NCBI GenBank assembly: GCA_047611865.1
Contig: JBLFWS010000014.1
Coordinates: forward strand, 1 to 34,793
Direction: 5' to 3'
From: Chlamydiales bacterium
GTDB taxonomy: Bacteria; Chlamydiota; Chlamydiia; Chlamydiales; JBDQID01
DNA length: 34,793 bases
In this document: positions 1 to 8,968 of the stretch, piece by piece
How positions within the stretch are numbered: the first letter of the stretch is position 1
How the letters are laid out: the number at the start of each line of letters is the position of its first letter
Program-made: the position numbers and the translations under genes
The notes under the pieces: model-generated
Databases searched by the model: none
What the model was told of the DNA's origin: nothing
What the model saw: the letters and a program-made list of their open reading frames with translations, nothing else

Positions 1-288
1 AGCTTTAACCGCTACTTGCTGTTTTATCGGAGCAAGACTCTCCAAAGCTTGAAAACTCTTATATAGAGGAGTTTGAGATCCAACTTTGATTTTCATATTG
101 TTTTCATTACCACCACGCGTATGACGAAAAGAAATAATTTGCTTATCTAGAATCTCATTAAGTGCCAATCCACCTCCAAAAGAAATGGTCCGTTGATTAT
201 CCGCCTCTCCTAGAGTGAACTCGTTCGAAGTGGATAAACTTTCATAAATAGCTGGTCCTAAGTGAGATGTGTGATTGATGGCTGGCAC
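1..288 (-). CDS. Partial hypothetical protein (5' portion, runs off the window), effector-like N-terminus
   Basis: The minus frame is open from 315 to 1 with no stop. GTG at 288 is preceded by AGGAG. Translates MPAINHTSHLGPAIYESLSTSNEFTLGEAD... Not in the ORF track, presumably because its stop lies outside the window. Confidence 0.65.
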   Translation of the reverse strand, partial: MPAINHTSHLGPAIYESLSTSNEFTLGEADNQRTISFGGGLALNEILDKQIISFRHTRGGNENNMKIKVGSQTPLYKSFQALESLAPIKQQVAVKA

Positions 289-363
289 GAGCTTTCTCCT
301 GGTTTTTAATATCATTAGTTATTTATCTATCGGATAAAACGGGAGAAAAATTAGGGGGAGGTC

Positions 364-1699
364 TCATGAAGGAGGGTTTTGAACAAGATGCCTGAGAATG
401 AAAACGGCATATTTATTAAAGCGATGCTCAATCAATTTATTTTGTTTTTTTACGCAAGTCTTAAAAAGGTGCTTGTCTATGTTCTCCCTGAAGCTCTCCG
501 CTCGCAGCGTAACAGCCCCGGACTCATCACGAACTTTGTGCAGATGCTCATAGCTACCAACGACTGAACTGTTATTACTGATATAATGCTCCATTCTAAC
601 CATGGATTGAGTGACTTTCATCATAGCAGGTGGAAGAACCCGTATTTCGTACTGTCTTGTATTTCCACGAGCCTCTATTTCATTTGAATTTTCTTTGATG
701 AATGTCGTAAGGGAAGGATCTCGACACATTTTGACGGAATCTCTAATAGAAAAGACCGGACAATTTGAGCCATCCGATTGTCTTTCTTTTTTATACTGAT
801 AGGAATGAATGGGTAAGCCACCCTTTAAATTTTGAACTTGTGCAGGAAGGGCTGATAAATATGCAGGATCATAACCCATTGAATCCGTAAAAAAAAGATC
901 AAAGGAATCAGCTGTTTTAGTGACATGAATATGAGTAAGGTGCTTATCAGGGGTCGCATTGACAATAAAAGATCCTGAATAGTCTTCACGGCTATTGTAT
1001 ATATCTTGTATAGCTTCCCCCCACTCCTCTGCTGAAGAACAGACTCGAGCCTCAATAGAACCTGATTTTTCTCTCAACTTGTCTAAAATTAAATTACACC
1101 CTTCTGTGGTTATAATTTCTCGGTAAAAAAATCTTGTTAATCTCGGGTCAGCTTTTTGAAAATCGTTAAGGATTCCTTTCATAAGTTCATAAGCTTCTGC
1201 AGATGGATTTTCGACAAGGGATTCTGCGATTTGCAATAAGGGGCCACAAGGATGAGTGCTATCCAAGACCTCCCTTGCAACAGTTTTAATTTCCTGGGTC
1301 ATAGGCCTTGGAAGAGGAAGCCCTCTATTTACAAACGCTACCTCTGTAACAAACTGAGGAACAATATCTCCAATTCTTTCGGCATTTCTATCAAACTGCT
1401 CTGGTCTGGTGTAGCCTTGAGGGACCTGATGGATTTGTATATCAGCAGCGAGATTTACAATTCCTCGTGCAATACCACACAGTAGATAATATCCTTTTGA
1501 AATTAGTGCACTCCCCCCCCCCTTCAGCTCTTGGGCTGGGTGGTAAATCAAAAAGCGTACCCTCCTCCAGCGCCTCGAGATCAACGTCCTCGTCGGAACA
1601 AGCCCCTTTAGCGTAAGGGTCTCTATCTTTGGGAATATCAATGCGAACTTCACCAGAACGCTCCCAAGAGGAAGAAGATGGGTCACCTGTAATAGACAT
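364..1699 (-). pseudogene. YopJ-family / CE-clan cysteine-protease-fold effector, frameshifted at a G10 tract (1513-1522); phase-variable gene, pseudogene or sequencing error
   Basis: Catalytic-like motifs in order: KHLTHIHV (His), FTDSMG (Asp), RQSDGSNCPVFS (Gln/Cys), and YopJ-like LPPAMMKVTQS. The likely true N-terminus (ATG 1699, RBS AGGTGAG, MSITGDPSSSSW...) is in the frame of the 1442..1780 ORF and joins the 364..1686 frame if one G is removed, giving 444 aa. Confidence 0.7.
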
Positions 1700-1794
1700 A
1701 GCTTTGCTCACCTGCTTTGCACCTACCAATAACATTATACTTAGAATTTTAATTTGAATGCACCAGGCATCCAAATACACTCCATTCTACGAAA

Positions 1795-1844
1795 GCTACA
1801 GGGCTTATCAGCAAGTACTTGTAAAAAAACTAACGGTTTATAAG
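1795..1844 (+). repeat. Direct repeat copy 1 (about 50 bp) flanking the AbiE module
   Basis: gctacagggcttatcagcaagtacttgtaaaaaaactaacggtttataag matches 3644-3696 with 3 substitutions and a 3-nt indel. Confidence 0.85.
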
Positions 1845-1980
1845 GTGTAGGTTAGCAAGTGAGGGGCTGTTCTTTATCTTCTTCACTAATTAGACCTAAA
1901 ATAAGTTTGACTCTACGCCGTCTCGCATAGAATCATCCAGTATCTGTCTTTATATTGGAGTTAGTGGTCAATTTGTATTT

Positions 1981-2027
1981 TTGAAAAAAACTCCAGTATC
2001 TGTCATAGTAATGGAGATACTGGAGTT
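1981..2027 (+). promoter_or_regulatory. Putative abiEi promoter with inverted-repeat operator
   Basis: TTGAAA (1981)-17 nt-CATAGT, overlapped by a perfect 13-bp inverted repeat AACTCCAGTATCT (1989-2001) / AGATACTGGAGTT (2015-2027). A degenerate second copy lies at 1936-1963. AbiEi antitoxins are known to autorepress through promoter inverted repeats. Confidence 0.65.
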
Positions 2028-2031
2028 ATTT

Positions 2032-2664
2032 ATGATGAGAGAATTGCGTAAGAATGCCCTCGTCGAGGAGTTCGACCATAACTTGTTAATGGATTGTCTA
2101 AAAAGCTATAGCCAGCCCTATAAAAAGGTTACCCGCTTGCTCGCCTCAGAGGACATTATTCGTGTTAAAAAAGGACTGTATGTTTTTGGGGAAGAGTACG
2201 CCAAAGAACCATATAGTACCGAAGTTTTGGCAAACCTTATCTATGGTCCTTCTTATATATCTTTAGAGTTTGCTTTGTCTTGGTACGGGCTGATCCCTGA
2301 AAGAGTCTATACTGTAACAAGTATGACAACACGGAAAAATAAACTTTTTAAAACACCTGTTGGGCGTTTTTCATATAAGTATTTGAACCCTAAAAAATAC
2401 TCCGTATCGGTTGATTTAATTGCATTAAGCGAACACCGAAATGTTTTGATGGCTACAAAGGAAAAAGCCCTGTGTGATTTCATTAGTCAGCAAAAAGGAT
2501 TCACAAATTTACAAGATATGTCAGACTTCCTATTTGAAAATATGCGCATTGACCCTGAAATATTTTACACTCTCAGAAAAGCAGAGCTAAAAAAAATCAA
2601 CAGAGCTTACAAGAGTAATTCCATTGAACTTCTAATTACGTTGAGAAACAAAAATGATGAATAA
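2032..2664 (+). CDS. abiEi: Type IV toxin-antitoxin antitoxin, AbiEi family transcriptional regulator
   Basis: IIRVKKGLYV winged-helix motif, PSYISLEFALSWYGLIPE and ATKEKALCD motifs. GGAG RBS before ATG 2032. Overlaps the downstream toxin gene. Confidence 0.88.
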   Translation: MMRELRKNALVEEFDHNLLMDCLKSYSQPYKKVTRLLASEDIIRVKKGLYVFGEEYAKEPYSTEVLANLIYGPSYISLEFALSWYGLIPERVYTVTSMTTRKNKLFKTPVGRFSYKYLNPKKYSVSVDLIALSEHRNVLMATKEKALCDFISQQKGFTNLQDMSDFLFENMRIDPEIFYTLRKAELKKINRAYKSNSIELLITLRNKNDE

Positions 2665-3523
2665 TGCAGTAAAAACGATGCTTTCAACATATGACCTTAG
2701 TGATTTGAATTCCTATCGTAATGCTCTCAAAGAGGTTATCCAGGAAATTGCTTTATTTGGTCTTTGGAGGGCAAAATTTTTTGAGCATGCTGCATTTTAC
2801 GGTGGGACAGCTTTGAGAATATTATACGGACTTGATAGATTCTCTGAAGATCTGGACTTCTCTCTTCTTAAGCCTCAAAAGATTTTTTCCTTGAGCGCCT
2901 ATCATGAAGCGGTTCAAAAGGAACTAGAAGCCTTTGGATTCCAAACCCAAATTATAGAAAAGAAAAAGGGAAGCGACAGCCCTGTTCAGTCTGCGTTTAT
3001 CAAAGCCAATACCTTGGAGCATCTCCTGATGATTGAGATTTCCGGCCTAAGAAAAATGGGCTTGGGTAAAGGCGAGCTTTTGAAAATTCGTTTTGAAGTA
3101 GATACAGATCCACCACTCCACGGAAACACCGAAGCAAAGACATTGTTACTCCCCTCCCCTTTTTCAATAAAGACTTTCAGCATCGAGGAACTGTTCGCAG
3201 GAAAAATGCATGCTGTCCTTTGTCGACAATGGAAAGGACGAGTGAAGGGTAGGGATTGGTATGATATGGTATGGTTCTTAGCTAAACAAGTAGAGCTCGA
3301 TTTAAAGCACCTTGAGTCACGCATGAAGCAAACAGGGCATATGGAAAGCAAAGAAACTCTTTCCCCTGCACTTTTCTTGAAAATTTATAAAGAAAGAATT
3401 GAAAAACTGGATGTTGATTCTGCCAAAACAGATATCCTTCAATTTATTGACGATCCAATACGAATAGAAATATGGAGTATGGAATTCTTTTCTCAACTCT
3501 CAGAAAGATTTCACTTTTGCTGA
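2654..3523 (+). CDS. abiEii: Type IV toxin-antitoxin toxin, AbiEii/AbiGii nucleotidyltransferase
   Basis: FYGGTALRILYGLDRFSEDLDFS nucleotidyltransferase motif, plus GKMHAVLCR and KGRDWYD motifs. Confidence 0.92.
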   Translation: MMNNAVKTMLSTYDLSDLNSYRNALKEVIQEIALFGLWRAKFFEHAAFYGGTALRILYGLDRFSEDLDFSLLKPQKIFSLSAYHEAVQKELEAFGFQTQIIEKKKGSDSPVQSAFIKANTLEHLLMIEISGLRKMGLGKGELLKIRFEVDTDPPLHGNTEAKTLLLPSPFSIKTFSIEELFAGKMHAVLCRQWKGRVKGRDWYDMVWFLAKQVELDLKHLESRMKQTGHMESKETLSPALFLKIYKERIEKLDVDSAKTDILQFIDDPIRIEIWSMEFFSQLSERFHFC

Positions 3524-3643
3524 AGGGAATTCCCCCTAAAACATAGTTGAAATTAAAGGGTAAACAAAGAGTCCGCAGTGGCTATCTTTGGAATTACTAC
3601 CTCATTCCGAAAAAGTCGGGAATTTTGGCTGTAAATATTATTT

Positions 3644-3696
3644 GCTACAGGACTTATCAGCAAGTACGTGTAAAAAAAAACCTAATGGTTTATAAG
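3644..3696 (+). repeat. Direct repeat copy 2 flanking the AbiE module, in the upstream region of the LRR gene
   Basis: gctacaggacttatcagcaagtacgtgtaaaaaaaaacctaatggtttataag matches 1795-1844. Confidence 0.85.
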
Positions 3697-3733
3697 ATAA
3701 AGCTTAGTAATTTGAATTTTGGGAAATCCCCTC

Positions 3734-4903
3734 ATGAGCGACTTAATACCTCCTTCTAGCATTCCTCCCGGAGGAGCCCCGCAAGGGCCAGAACCCGTAC
3801 AGCCGGTTCCTCAACAAGGAAACTTGGGGTCTCATTCTTTTTCCCCAAAGTCTCCCCCTGGCGCAAGCGGTTTGCCCGAGGACATGGCCCACGAAGTTTT
3901 CGCCTCTCTCGAATCCAACGACTACCAACATGCAAACGAGCTACTCCAACAATTCAAGCAATTTGAAAGAAACCCCGCAGAATTTGCTAAAAACCTCAGT
4001 GAACTACTAAGAACAACTCGAATTGCCATCACTGATCGTCAGGCTTCATTTGCCTCCCCCAAGTACAAATACCTCATGGCTGCCATTGAGAAGATCGAAT
4101 TCAGCCTGATCAAAAAAAATAAGCCTCGCAACCCTATACACTTGATGAAGGGAGCAAAGCTTTTACGTTTAATTATTGACTCCGACGAAGTTAACGACGA
4201 GATCATTAACGAAATAGCCATCACCTCCTTACCTGAATCCATGATATTCGTTCTCGAAAGTGCATGGCTCACCCTTTTCGGGGAATTCCGACATATTAAA
4301 CTCGCGGGCTTCACTTTTGCACGACGACCCTTTCAGGCTCTACTCAATACTCTCAACAAAAATCTCACCTTATCATGCCTGTCCTTGTCCGGCTGTCGAA
4401 TTCTGACAAAAGGAGAAAGCAGGAGGATGGACGATACCGAAGCAAAGCTTGTGGCGGATGCTTGCGAAAACTGCCAAGAACTAAAACGCCTACACTTCAC
4501 TCACCACGAACTCAAAAGCGATGGGGTAAAGTCCCTCTCCCGTCTAACAAAATCCCTGGAAGCTATCGACCTCAGCAATAATAATATTCCTGACGACAGC
4601 ACTAAACACCTGGCTGACGCTCTTTCTGAACCGGGAGCTGTTATTAGGGAACTTTCCTTGGAGATGAATAAAATTAGCGGAGAAGGAGCTCAATACTTCT
4701 CTCAATCTTTGAAAAATAATGGGCGTCTGAAACAGCTAAATCTCTGGGGCAATCATATTGGCAACGATGCTAGCCTCGCCTTGGCGCAAGCATTGAACCT
4801 TGGTAACTCTACTCTTGAGCGCCTCGTTCTTGGAGACAATTTAATAGATAGCAGCGGAGAAGAAAAGCTATTGGCAGTAAGGGAATCCCGGGTAAGCTTT
4901 TAA
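3734..4903 (+). CDS. Ribonuclease-inhibitor-type leucine-rich repeat protein, putative secreted effector (possible degenerate F-box)
   Basis: About 28-aa LRRs (LEAIDLSNNNIP, IRELSLEMNKIS, LKQLNLWGNHIG, LERLVLGDNLID), a Pro/Ser/Gly-rich N-terminus and an F-box-like LPEDMAHEVFASL segment. Confidence 0.8.
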   Translation: MSDLIPPSSIPPGGAPQGPEPVQPVPQQGNLGSHSFSPKSPPGASGLPEDMAHEVFASLESNDYQHANELLQQFKQFERNPAEFAKNLSELLRTTRIAITDRQASFASPKYKYLMAAIEKIEFSLIKKNKPRNPIHLMKGAKLLRLIIDSDEVNDEIINEIAITSLPESMIFVLESAWLTLFGEFRHIKLAGFTFARRPFQALLNTLNKNLTLSCLSLSGCRILTKGESRRMDDTEAKLVADACENCQELKRLHFTHHELKSDGVKSLSRLTKSLEAIDLSNNNIPDDSTKHLADALSEPGAVIRELSLEMNKISGEGAQYFSQSLKNNGRLKQLNLWGNHIGNDASLALAQALNLGNSTLERLVLGDNLIDSSGEEKLLAVRESRVSF

Positions 4904-4979
4904 CTATGTCATTTACCTTTTCATGCCAAACTTTTATGATCCTGCATTACAAGGTTTTTAACACTAAACGGAGCATGCA

Positions 4980-7514
4980 ATGACGAACAGAGACAATCTG
5001 TCTGAGGATACAAAAAACGACGATTACCTTCACAAATCCCCAAAGACACGACGTCGCAGACGCCGTTTGTTGGCATTAGCAGCAAGTATCGCTGCATGTG
5101 TGTGTGGTATCCTTACTGCAAGCCTCGCCTACAAGGCATCCAAACATCAGCCCGTTTCCCAACAGGTTTCCTACCAAGAAGACTCTGGTATCGTCTCCCC
5201 TTACAGAGATATGAAAAAGGAGCAGTCCTTCCTTGCTCTAAAAGAAGAAAACCTCCGCAACAACTCTCGCATAGAGCTGCTTTCTGACCAGATCCGGCAA
5301 AAGGACAGCCACCTCAAAGAGGTCAAAAGACAGTATCGCGCTCAAGAGAAAGCTATAGATACACTCCGTAGAGAAATAACTTCCTCGGATATAGGCTCCG
5401 AAAGCCTCCAGTACCAGCACCTCACTAAACTCGTTGATGAGTTGGAACAGTCAAAAGAGGCTCTGGTGACTAAGCTAGAGGCAGCTCGTGCCAAACTAAT
5501 CGAAAGTGAGTCTAAGACTTCGAACATCCTGAACGAAAAAAATATCTCTGTTGCCAAAGTATCAGAAGAAATCAAAAATCGGGACTCTCTGATCAAAGAA
5601 ATGGAGACAAGGATCCTCAGCCTCTCTACTTCAGAAGACACAGCAGCGCACCTGGACACCAAAGTAAAAGTCCTTACATCTCACCTCGAAGAGCAACGGG
5701 AAGAAAACATCGCCATCGCCGCAAAAAATGATGAGTTGATAAAGCAACAGGCGGAGCTGGCCTCCAACTTCAAATCTCTTGAACTTGAGAAAGAAGAAGC
5801 TCAGGCCTCCCTTTTAAGCTTTGAAGAAAAAATCCGTGTTCTATCAGAAAATATCAAGGAACAAAGAACAGCTAAAGAAAACCTCAGTAAAGAGCACGCA
5901 GAGCTCGCTAAGGCCCTGGAAGAAAAGGATAACTCCATCCAAACCCTTAGCCAAAGCAGCGACCTCCTAAAAGAGGAACGCAACAAAATAAAAGAAGAAG
6001 GCGAAAAACTCTCAGAAGAGAACAAAGAACTACTCTCCAAGATCGAGAGCGATATCAAGACTCTGACCCCCATGCTGGAAGAACAGCAGGCTCTCAACGA
6101 AAAAATGAAAACACGTAACCAGGCTCTTGAAGACGAAAAAAACAATTTGTCTTCACTTATCACCTCCCTGGAAAATGAAAAAGTAGAGTCACAGGATAAG
6201 TTCAATTCCTTTGAAGAAAAACTTAAGTCTCTCAGCTCTTCTCTAGAGGAAATAACCCTCTCAAATGAAAAGTTGGAAGCAGATAAAAATGAACTATCCA
6301 GCCTCCTGGAAGAAAAAAGCAGCACAATCAAATCCTTGACAGAAACCCAACGGCAGCTAACAGAAGAAAAAGAAAAGCTGCTCACAAAACTTCAGGATCA
6401 TGATACTATCCTTCAGGAACGCGATGAGCTAACAACACGCATCTCCAGCGTTGAGGGTGAGAAAAACACCTCCCTCGAACAGGTGCAGCGCCTCGATGAA
6501 GAGCTACAAGCCCTCACTGCATCCCTCGAAGAAAAAAGCCAAGCTTGGGATAAGCTTAAAGTTTCTCAGGAAGAACTAGGAAACCTCCTCAGTTCCAAAG
6601 AGAATTCCCTCAACGCACTGGTGGAAGAAAAAGAACTCCTCAATGATGAGCTGCAAAACTTCCAGGAAGAAAGCAAAAGCATCAAGCAGATATCCGAAGA
6701 AACCCTCGCTGCAAACCAAAAGCACCAGGAAACCATACAAGTTCTTTCTAATTCTCTGAATGATGAAAGAACTGTTCAATCGGGTCTGGAAAAATCGCTG
6801 CAAGAAATTACCGAAGATCTTTCAGAAAAAAATAAGATCCTGACCTCCCTGGAAAAGCAACGCTCTGAACTCGAAGCTCTGCGCGATGGTCTGCAACAAA
6901 AGGCCTCCTTCCTCGGTGACGAGAAAGAGCTCCTTCAGGCAAAGCTTGAACTTCTCGAAAGAGAGAAAGAAGACAGCATGATCGCCCAACGGGAACAGTT
7001 GCGTCAGGTAGAAACTCTCTCCAACGCTTTGGCCACACAGAGAAAGCAAGGTGAAGCTAGAGAACGCCAACTGGCCGCCTCCCTCGAAGAGATACGGGTA
7101 AAATACGCCAAGGAACAAGAAGAAAACCAGATGCAGAAAGTTCGCTTTACTGAGGTGGCGCAGTCTCTCAAAGACCAAAGGACCATGCTCCGTAACATAG
7201 AACATTCACGCTCAGATCTCGCAAAGGAGCTTGAAACTCTCCGCTCCTCCTACCGAGACCTTCTGACTGACGTTTCAGGCAAGCAGTCTACAAATACCGC
7301 TGCCCGTAGAAACATTGGCGGCAGCAGCCAGGAACGCTTGGAAAAGGCTATTTCCTCACGAGTTCACATCGTCGCTAAGGGAGAAACCTTATCACAGATT
7401 TCTGTGAAATACTATGGTACCTCCTTGCGCTGGCAGGATATCTTCGAGGCCAACCGCTCCACTATCCCTAACCAAAATGCGATTAAACCCGGAACTGAAA
7501 TCATTATCCCTTGA
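4980..7514 (+). CDS. Membrane-anchored long coiled-coil protein with a C-terminal LysM peptidoglycan-binding domain
   Basis: Poly-Arg followed by one hydrophobic helix, about 700 aa of E/K/L/S-rich heptads, and C-terminal HIVAKGETLSQISVKYYG...WQDIFEAN...IKPGTEIIIP (LysM). GGAG RBS. Confidence 0.88.
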   Translation: MTNRDNLSEDTKNDDYLHKSPKTRRRRRRLLALAASIAACVCGILTASLAYKASKHQPVSQQVSYQEDSGIVSPYRDMKKEQSFLALKEENLRNNSRIELLSDQIRQKDSHLKEVKRQYRAQEKAIDTLRREITSSDIGSESLQYQHLTKLVDELEQSKEALVTKLEAARAKLIESESKTSNILNEKNISVAKVSEEIKNRDSLIKEMETRILSLSTSEDTAAHLDTKVKVLTSHLEEQREENIAIAAKNDELIKQQAELASNFKSLELEKEEAQASLLSFEEKIRVLSENIKEQRTAKENLSKEHAELAKALEEKDNSIQTLSQSSDLLKEERNKIKEEGEKLSEENKELLSKIESDIKTLTPMLEEQQALNEKMKTRNQALEDEKNNLSSLITSLENEKVESQDKFNSFEEKLKSLSSSLEEITLSNEKLEADKNELSSLLEEKSSTIKSLTETQRQLTEEKEKLLTKLQDHDTILQERDELTTRISSVEGEKNTSLEQVQRLDEELQALTASLEEKSQAWDKLKVSQEELGNLLSSKENSLNALVEEKELLNDELQNFQEESKSIKQISEETLAANQKHQETIQVLSNSLNDERTVQSGLEKSLQEITEDLSEKNKILTSLEKQRSELEALRDGLQQKASFLGDEKELLQAKLELLEREKEDSMIAQREQLRQVETLSNALATQRKQGEARERQLAASLEEIRVKYAKEQEENQMQKVRFTEVAQSLKDQRTMLRNIEHSRSDLAKELETLRSSYRDLLTDVSGKQSTNTAARRNIGGSSQERLEKAISSRVHIVAKGETLSQISVKYYGTSLRWQDIFEANRSTIPNQNAIKPGTEIIIP

Positions 7515-7683
7515 ATCAATACGTAAGGGTTTGTATTGTAAAATTTTCAATTTAATTACTGATAGCAGGGTAGATTTTCCCCGCCCCAAAGTCAGAGAAC
7601 CTAAGACATCGGCTTGACATTACTTAGAGCCGATGTCTGTAGGATAAAACTTTCTTAGAACCGAGCTGACAAAGAGATGAATT

Positions 7684-8430
7684 ATGCCAGTTAAAAAACG
7701 CCTGTTTTTTCTTTGTACAAGCGCTGCTATCCTTGCAGCGGGAGTCGTTATGGCACAAGCTTCCATAACTCCCATGGAAGCAAGTACAGAAGCGTCCAGC
7801 CTTGACCTGGTCAAGGTATTTAGAGGGTCACCAGCGATTTACAGTATTCTTCTAGTCCTGTCTATCCTTTCCTTCATCATTTGGCTTTACAGCCTGCTTA
7901 CCTTACGAGCATCAGATATGATGCCCGAGGAATTTCTAAAACAAGTGAGAGAAGATATTCTAGATCACCGTTTTGAAGCAGCCCTTGCAAACTGCAAACA
8001 AGACAATAACTACTCTTCCAGTATCATCGCTTGTGGCCTCGCTGCTCGCAAACACGGACCCCAACTCGTTATGGACGCTATGCGCGCCGAGGGACGCCGA
8101 ACGGCTGTAGCCCTATGGCAACGTATCTCCCTTCTTAACGACGTGGTCGTCATAGCACCTATGCTTGGCCTTCTGGGAACTGTTCTCGGAATGTTTTTTG
8201 CATTCTATGATACCAACCGCACTTCCGAAACCATCACATCTATCTTTGATGGACTGGGTATTGCAGTAGGGACAACTGTTGCCGGACTCGTTGTCGCGAT
8301 CCTCGCTATGATTTTCTATACCTCGTTGAAGTTCCGTGTCACACGCTTACTCAGCGCCGTAGAAAACGAGGTCCTCTCCCTTGGCAACATAATGGAATGG
8401 GAAAGTAAACAGTCCGAGAAGAATTCATAA
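7684..8430 (+). CDS. exbB: MotA/TolQ/ExbB proton channel family protein
   Basis: IAPMLGLLGTVLGM and TTVAGLVVAI transmembrane motifs; followed by exbD. Confidence 0.88.
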   Translation: MPVKKRLFFLCTSAAILAAGVVMAQASITPMEASTEASSLDLVKVFRGSPAIYSILLVLSILSFIIWLYSLLTLRASDMMPEEFLKQVREDILDHRFEAALANCKQDNNYSSSIIACGLAARKHGPQLVMDAMRAEGRRTAVALWQRISLLNDVVVIAPMLGLLGTVLGMFFAFYDTNRTSETITSIFDGLGIAVGTTVAGLVVAILAMIFYTSLKFRVTRLLSAVENEVLSLGNIMEWESKQSEKNS

Positions 8431-8443
8431 CCCGGCGGAAATC

Positions 8444-8968
8444 ATGAGCTTTATATCTGAGGAAGAAGTCAAGGGACAGCAAGCCAACTATCTTGCCCCC
8501 ATGATTGACTTTCTATTTCTCATGCTTGTTTTTTTCGCTTCACTAGCCATATCTCGTGTGACCACCAAAGACACAGAGATAGACCTGGTGAAGCTCAAGC
8601 CTGAGACCGGAGCTTCTTTGGTACAATCTGAAGAAGATATGAAAATCATCAATATTACCATCAACGAAAATGGTAAGTACAAGTGGGTCACTGAGATCCA
8701 TGACTACGAGATGGACAACGCTGCATCCATCGCGGAAGAACTTGCCCGTCAATATGAAATGGGTTTACTTCCCGAGGATAAATTACGAACACAAGTGCTC
8801 TTGAAAATCGATAAAAAGGCTGAATGGGAAGGTATCCTTAAGCTCCTTTTCTCCATTCGTGATGTAGGCTTCGATGTACGCCCCATCTATGAGCCCGAGG
8901 AACCCCAAAATGACCCTATCGCCGATGTTCTTCTCCCTGAAGAGCCTTTTGGAGGTGTCTCACTATGA
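8444..8968 (+). CDS. exbD: ExbD/TolR biopolymer transport protein
   Basis: LAPMIDFLFLMLVFF transmembrane helix with the conserved Asp; VLLKIDKKA periplasmic motif. Confidence 0.88.
   Translation: MSFISEEEVKGQQANYLAPMIDFLFLMLVFFASLAISRVTTKDTEIDLVKLKPETGASLVQSEEDMKIINITINENGKYKWVTEIHDYEMDNAASIAEELARQYEMGLLPEDKLRTQVLLKIDKKAEWEGILKLLFSIRDVGFDVRPIYEPEEPQNDPIADVLLPEEPFGGVSL

Noticed and set aside
1523..1686. N-terminus of the 440-aa ORF as listed (MTHLLPLG...)
   Set aside because: No clear RBS; the alternative frame from ATG 1699 has an RBS and effector-like composition and joins at the G10 tract.
3547..3759. 70-aa ORF before the LRR gene
   Set aside because: Spans the AT-rich direct repeat and upstream region, has a TTG start and no recognisable features.
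5096..7617. Numerous short antisense and alternate-frame ORFs here and inside other long genes
   Set aside because: Shadow ORFs of well-supported genes, with no motifs.
4980..8968. Zorya-like anti-phage system
   Set aside because: The coiled coil is on a separate LysM protein, the small subunit is ExbD-type without an OmpA-like domain, and there are no ZorC/D/E-like genes.
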